Below, in pieces: positions 47,170-51,783 of a stretch of 51,783 bases of DNA. The stretch comes from Cyanobacteriota bacterium (GTDB lineage Bacteria; Cyanobacteriota; Cyanobacteriia; Cyanobacteriales; Coleofasciculaceae). The notes beneath the pieces were generated by a model. It had not been told where the DNA came from and searched no databases. It was given only the letters and a program-made list of their open reading frames with translations. Numbering within the stretch: the stretch's first letter is position 1; the number at the start of each line of letters is the position of its first letter. The stretch covers positions 1-51,783 of the forward strand of contig JBFLZA010000001.1 in the NCBI GenBank assembly GCA_040756535.1. Direction: 5' to 3'. A program made the position numbers and the translations under genes.

Positions 47170-47295
47170 AATTTCTGAGGTCGATCGCGCACTGGGTTGA
47201 CTTGTTGAAGCAACGGGAGGGTTTCCTGGCGGCTGAGGCGATTGAGATGAAGTGGTTCTCTTGCCTGTATTCCCCTCTGGAGCAATCGGGTTGGG

Positions 47296-50200
47296 CTAAG
47301 GAGGGGGAGGCGTTTTTGGAGGAGTTGTCGGACCTGAATAACCGGGAAAAGCCCGCGCCACAGCCCTTGCTAAGGCATCTAAACCAGCGGGATGTCGGAA
47401 GTATGATAAGTGATCGCAAGCCACTTGATTCTGAATGTAAGCCGCAGGCGATCGCTCCTCTGGTACACTCACAATGCTCTTCACAGTTACTGCAATATCA
47501 TTAGCTTCCTTCATGAAAGGAAACTCAATGGCTCGACGCCAGGTTCGTTGAAGAGCCGCCTGAAGTCGATTAATTGCTTCTTCTTGTTGAGGAATCAGCG
47601 AAGTGTTTCCAGCAATAATACTGTACGGACACTGCGGATCGGCACAGTCCTTCAACTCCTGGAGAAATTTCGATTTGGTAGGATGCATCTCATCCAGGTT
47701 GACATCCTTCTCCTCAATCCATGCCACCAGATCGGCTAGTACTTTCGCAGGGAATACCACAGAAGACAAACCATTTAATCCAGCCGCAAGCGCGAAAGTC
47801 GCCAAGTCTTGCACGACAGCCCAGGGTGAGCCAGCATTGGGAGTCCCCAACATAATTAGATGTTGTACGACTTGATTGCCCTCCCACTGCTCAATAAAGC
47901 TGCGAGAAACCAATCCGCCCATCGAGTGAGCCACGATATGCAGCGTCTTACCATGATTGGGTTTCAATCCGACAGCAGCCAGTTTATCCTTGAGTTGCTT
48001 GCCAAGTTCTTTAATCGGCGTGTTCAGGCTTTCATAATCAAATGTCAGCACTAAGTCATAAATATCAGCGAGGACTTGGGATTGTCCATTCGCCACCACT
48101 TTGGCTTGTTGCACACTCGGCACCATACTTTCCGTATCGCCGATAATGCCGTGAATGTAGAGGGCAATGCATTGGGCTTTCGCTACCTCTGCTTTGATCT
48201 GCTGCTCGTCTTCCTCATAGCTGACAGTTCTATCCTCAGCAACACGAGCAATTCTGAGCTTAGGATAGGGAGACTCATGTCCCAGGTTTTCGTATATTAC
48301 CTTTTGGAAGTAGATTCGGATTGCACCACCGAGGCTGCGTTTCTTCTCGCCTGATGTTTGCTCACTATCTAGTGTCGGTATCCGTTCTATCCGAATCTCG
48401 GTTTTACCGTCCTTTCCTTTCCCCTGTCCCAAAGGCAGCCAGAACTCCCCATCGTAGGCAACTGGAAGAATGTATTCATCCTGAGCAATAGACTTGTTAA
48501 CCGACAGAACCAATGGGTTTTCCGGAGTCACAGTCTCGATAGTCTCACGGTCATTCACCTGCAACTCCAGCACGCTTAACCCTGAATCAACTCCTCGGCT
48601 AGCGGTGAACTGGAAGGGCTGCGTGTAGTCACCCAACATTGGCGGCAAAGTGGGACTGCCTATATCTCGGGTTGATGGTGGAACAGAGGATAGGCGAACA
48701 CTTGCACGTAAACCGATGTGGGGCTGAATTGTCACACCAAAGGAGAGGTCAGTAGGAGCTTGGTGATTGAGTGGGACCGCATCTTTAGGTCGAACCGTTG
48801 TGATGCTAACTTGCCTGGTTACCCAATCATCGATCTCCTCAACAACACCAAATTGTCGGGTCTGAATTTGATACATCAACAGATTAAGTGTATTAAGGCG
48901 ACTGGGACACTCTCGGCTCTCACCACTCGACTCAACACTCCGAGATGACAAATCATCCTGACAAAGAAGGGTGGCATCAAACTCTGCCGTACTGACGAGC
49001 AGCTTGAAGACATCCTGATATTCGGTAACTCCCTTTTTCCAAATCTTGTCTGGCACACTGGCGGGGATATCATCCCTTATTTTTCGGTTGCCGTTCCAAA
49101 TAGCGGCATCAACTTCTTCTCCTGGCTCAATCCACAAACCACCCTTGTAGGACAGTTCGCCCTGAGGGAATAAAGGTGGAACATTCACAGAATAGTCTTC
49201 CGCTACATCCAGAATGGCGCAGAAAAGCCGTTGTTCGTAAGTGTTGGTCAGCTTAACCCGGAATGTCGGTTGATGCCATTCATCGTTCCTGTACTCATAT
49301 TCCAGCCGCAGATGGGGTTCTTTGACCTCCTCGCCCTCGCCATTGCGATAGATCTGAACCTTGACCGCATTGGCAGGAATTTGGCTCTCTGGATTTGCCA
49401 AATCAATCGTTGTTGTCCAACGGGCGATGTGTTCCAGATTCTTCACAGCCCTGAAGGCTTTGTCGTATCCTTTCAGCGGTTCTACCAACGGGCGATCGTC
49501 TGATGGTTTAGTAATTACATACTGCCTATCCTTTGCCAAAAGACGATACTGAGCTTGATTCAGTGTGTTTTCTTCCCGAATATAAAGCGAGGGTTTCTCA
49601 CCGAGACCTACTCTCTGAAGTTGTTGCCGCACCTGTTCTAATGCGTCTGAATCTCCTTCGAGATAAACTCCAATGGTCGGAGGCGGCAGACTGAGAGCGA
49701 TCGCTCTCAGTCTGGTATCTTCTGTCAGGTTTGGAGGCTCTTGGGTGAACTCGACAATACTCCTATCGGGTAGCACCTCAATAACCTCCGCTTCACCAAC
49801 TGCCTCAGACACTTGTCGCATTTGCTCTGGAGTACTGCCTTGAGAATAAAGCGCAAGTTTAATAGGAATATTGCTAATTTTGGGAAAACCATGTATGGCT
49901 CCCCCATCAATCTCCCAATTTGTGCCATTGTGTCTCAAGGTAAAGAAAGGTTCGCGAGGTTTAATAATGTCTGAGCCACCTAGAAATGATAAATTATCTA
50001 AATCTTCGGAATTATTAGCTTCTAATCGCGGAGTTTGATCTTTGATACGGCTGCGGACACGGGAACTAACTTCCTTGAAAAATTCGCGGTAGGAGAGAGT
50101 ACTATTAGTTTTGTTAAGCGAATCCAACAAAAAGTAAGAAAAAGCACCTCTCGTTTTACCATCACCGGAATACTCACTTGCCTTTTCCCGATCCTCGCAA

Positions 50201-50811
50201 GCTGCCAACAGTACATGCCGTCCCTCTGGCAAGTCCCAGCTATCTCCGTGCTTTTGAGAGCGGAGTGCTACATCATTAGCAAAAATGAATTCTTCAATCT
50301 TTCTGGGTCGTGTATCTGCGGGAGTATGGCGAACTTTCTGCTTCTGCTCCACATCTCTGGTGCCAGAACCAGAATGGCAGCTATCCAGTACTATGACAAT
50401 GTGTGGATTGCGTTCAGCGACTTTAGCAATCAGATAGCGCAATTCCTTATTGGCTAAGTCCCTGGTGCTGGTGCGGCTATCCCAACATACGAGCGTTTCC
50501 AGCTTACCGTCTCGCTCTAAATATGAAAACTCTGGAGAGGCAGGTTCCTGCGAACCGTGCCCACAGAAGTAGAACAGCACAACATCATCTTTACCCGCCT
50601 GAGTTAGGTGTTTTTCAAAACTATCGATAACTGCTTGCCGGGTAGCTTCTGCATTCCGTAGTGTCTTTATGTTGCCGTGTTGGCTACTATCAACCCGTGT
50701 TTTCAAATAGTCTTCTATCGCATTAATATCGTTAACGCAGCCATCCAGTTTGCGAACTGGTGCAGGATAATCATCGATGCCAACAAGAAGTGCGTAGAGG
50801 TTGCGAGTCAT
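47296..50811 (-). CDS. caspase (peptidase C14) domain fused to a large unknown middle region and a C-terminal alpha/beta-hydrolase (lipase/esterase-like) domain
   Basis: YALLVGIDDYPAP, VLFYFCGHGS and IVLDSCHSGSG form the caspase dyad context. The nucleophile elbow HIVAHSMGGLVSR (47911-47940) is a GxSxG motif. Start trimmed to the ATG at 50811 (MTRNLYALL). Same strand as the 40969..47169 gene and 126 bp upstream of it. Confidence 0.85.
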   Translation of the reverse strand: MTRNLYALLVGIDDYPAPVRKLDGCVNDINAIEDYLKTRVDSSQHGNIKTLRNAEATRQAVIDSFEKHLTQAGKDDVVLFYFCGHGSQEPASPEFSYLERDGKLETLVCWDSRTSTRDLANKELRYLIAKVAERNPHIVIVLDSCHSGSGTRDVEQKQKVRHTPADTRPRKIEEFIFANDVALRSQKHGDSWDLPEGRHVLLAACEDREKASEYSGDGKTRGAFSYFLLDSLNKTNSTLSYREFFKEVSSRVRSRIKDQTPRLEANNSEDLDNLSFLGGSDIIKPREPFFTLRHNGTNWEIDGGAIHGFPKISNIPIKLALYSQGSTPEQMRQVSEAVGEAEVIEVLPDRSIVEFTQEPPNLTEDTRLRAIALSLPPPTIGVYLEGDSDALEQVRQQLQRVGLGEKPSLYIREENTLNQAQYRLLAKDRQYVITKPSDDRPLVEPLKGYDKAFRAVKNLEHIARWTTTIDLANPESQIPANAVKVQIYRNGEGEEVKEPHLRLEYEYRNDEWHQPTFRVKLTNTYEQRLFCAILDVAEDYSVNVPPLFPQGELSYKGGLWIEPGEEVDAAIWNGNRKIRDDIPASVPDKIWKKGVTEYQDVFKLLVSTAEFDATLLCQDDLSSRSVESSGESRECPSRLNTLNLLMYQIQTRQFGVVEEIDDWVTRQVSITTVRPKDAVPLNHQAPTDLSFGVTIQPHIGLRASVRLSSVPPSTRDIGSPTLPPMLGDYTQPFQFTASRGVDSGLSVLELQVNDRETIETVTPENPLVLSVNKSIAQDEYILPVAYDGEFWLPLGQGKGKDGKTEIRIERIPTLDSEQTSGEKKRSLGGAIRIYFQKVIYENLGHESPYPKLRIARVAEDRTVSYEEDEQQIKAEVAKAQCIALYIHGIIGDTESMVPSVQQAKVVANGQSQVLADIYDLVLTFDYESLNTPIKELGKQLKDKLAAVGLKPNHGKTLHIVAHSMGGLVSRSFIEQWEGNQVVQHLIMLGTPNAGSPWAVVQDLATFALAAGLNGLSSVVFPAKVLADLVAWIEEKDVNLDEMHPTKSKFLQELKDCADPQCPYSIIAGNTSLIPQQEEAINRLQAALQRTWRRAIEFPFMKEANDIAVTVKSIVSVPEERSPAAYIQNQVACDHLSYFRHPAGLDALARAVARAFPGYSGPTTPPKTPPPP

Positions 50812-51086
50812 CTTAATTTTTCCTAGTGATACATCCACGTATAGCGTTTTCAAACAAGACAAGAAAAATTGTTGTATTTTTCTTGGTTAGGAAAATTGAA
50901 TAATTGCAAGTTTCTTCATTACCTGGAGGCAGTTGGCTTCCTGTTGATAAACTAGACGCACTCGCCGGACAATTACCTGCATCACCGTTACTGCATACTG
51001 TAGGGATGCATAATCGCTGCCAAAGACTAAACGGTTGCCCTCCCAAAAAAGCATGGGCGTTTGTGAGGGAAATTTACTGTGGACTT

Positions 51087-51297
51087 TAATTGCTTGCTTA
51101 TCCTGCTTCTACTTTTAGATAGATTCAAGTCCTATCGACTTATACACTTGCGTGAACCAAATGGAAGTTCCTTGTAAGAAAGACATTTTAAAGCCCTTGT
51201 ATATCAAGGTTCACAGGAAATTGTGTTTCTTTCATGTATGTTTCACTTGCGGTGTGCCGCTAGATAGTGGCTGACATCTAGCATGGCGACACTCCTC
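51087..51297. repeat. copy 2 of the roughly 210 bp dispersed direct repeat
   Basis: Aligns with 40596-40803 in the same orientation. It lies upstream of the caspase-hydrolase gene start. Confidence 0.85.
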
Positions 51298-51405
51298 TCA
51301 CTGAACTGCCTTTTTCTTAAAGGTGGCTCCAGATATGAAACCTGTGCGAATATCGTCACTAGCAAGTAATCCATCAAAGTTTGTTGCGTCTTCATCGTGA
51401 GTCAT
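51298..51405 (-). CDS. possible 35 aa small ORF
   Basis: ATG at 51405-51403 preceded by AAGGAGAA with about 5 nt spacing. Product: MTHDEDATNFDGLLASDDIRTGFISGATFKKKAVQ. The stop abuts the right edge of repeat copy 2. It is below the ORF-track length threshold. Confidence 0.3.
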   Translation of the reverse strand: MTHDEDATNFDGLLASDDIRTGFISGATFKKKAVQ

Positions 51406-51442
51406 GATGTTCTCCTTTGTACAAGACATGAATCACGTCAAT

Positions 51443-51783
51443 CTATAACCCCGGCTGGTCGGATGGATGATGCAGCTTTTCGATTTGGGATTCAGCTACA
51501 TTAACCGATTCATCATCTTGTCCAACAGCAATTTCTTGCTCAATATCTTGCGTCTGAATTGTTTTAACCTTGCTCAGCCTATCAGAAGCTGGGAGGTCTC
51601 CCTGAGCTTCGTCGTAGAGAGCGAACCAAGGCAGCCCATATTGCGTGTAGAGTTGAGCGGTGATTGGTGTTGGCGGAGGTTCGAGGTTAGTCAACTCCTG
51701 GTACTGCTCACTGTTGATGATGTGTACGAACACAGAGCCGTCGTTTTCAGTATCCCAAGTGTCGATTCCGTAGGGGTCAGGGT
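51443..51783 (-). CDS. hypothetical protein, 5' end outside the window
   Basis: The reading frame stays open from 51733 to the window edge (...PDPYGIDTWDTENDGSVFVHIINSEQY...), so the annotated GTG start is probably internal. No motif recognised. Confidence 0.4.
   Translation of the reverse strand, partial: PDPYGIDTWDTENDGSVFVHIINSEQYQELTNLEPPPTPITAQLYTQYGLPWFALYDEAQGDLPASDRLSKVKTIQTQDIEQEIAVGQDDESVNVAESQIEKLHHPSDQPGL

Noticed and set aside
1-51783. Search for tRNA/rRNA genes, reverse transcriptase (YxDD) and cas genes
   Set aside because: No convincing cloverleaf, rRNA-like conservation or RT/Cas motifs were seen in the sequence or the ORF translations. Absence by eye is not proof.

Overview
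The window looks like a cyanobacterial accessory region. The HIP1 octamer GCGATCGC is frequent, and giant WD40, TPR and pentapeptide proteins are present. I found no tRNA, rRNA, CRISPR array, cas gene or reverse transcriptase by eye.

Left part (about 1-21.5 kb): a plasmid-like or integrative module.
- A coupled RHH plus GIY-YIG gene pair.
- A large serine recombinase cassette.
- An array of nine 64-65 bp iteron-like repeats plus a second repeat cluster, directly upstream of a large gene that looks like a zinc-finger/Toprim primase-helicase (cyanobacterial CyRepA-type) replication gene.
- Two overlapping ORFs with no recognisable domains.
- A tyrosine recombinase.
- An unusual single ORF that fuses a C5-cytosine methyltransferase, a ParB-like domain and a RusA-like domain.

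Middle part (about 21.5-31 kb): ordinary metabolic genes mixed with gene remnants.
- Intact genes: FAD monooxygenase, pyrC, SOUL-like protein, ABM monooxygenase, CDP-alcohol phosphatidyltransferase, pentapeptide protein.
- Remnants: the katG C-terminus, a frameshifted SAM methyltransferase, and a ParB-gene fragment.

Right part (about 30-51 kb):
- Three more tyrosine recombinase genes or fragments and a deleted Tn3-family transposase.
- A roughly 16 kb island encoding three caspase-fold proteases: CHAT-STAND-TM-WD40, caspase-STAND-TM-WD40-TPR, and a caspase fused to an alpha/beta hydrolase.
- A secreted LysM protein inside the island.
- A pair of about 210 bp direct repeats bracketing the two-caspase operon.

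The caspase island and the methyltransferase-ParB-RusA fusion are the best candidates for an uncharacterised system. All domain calls come from motifs read by eye in the supplied translations and need HMM or structure confirmation.
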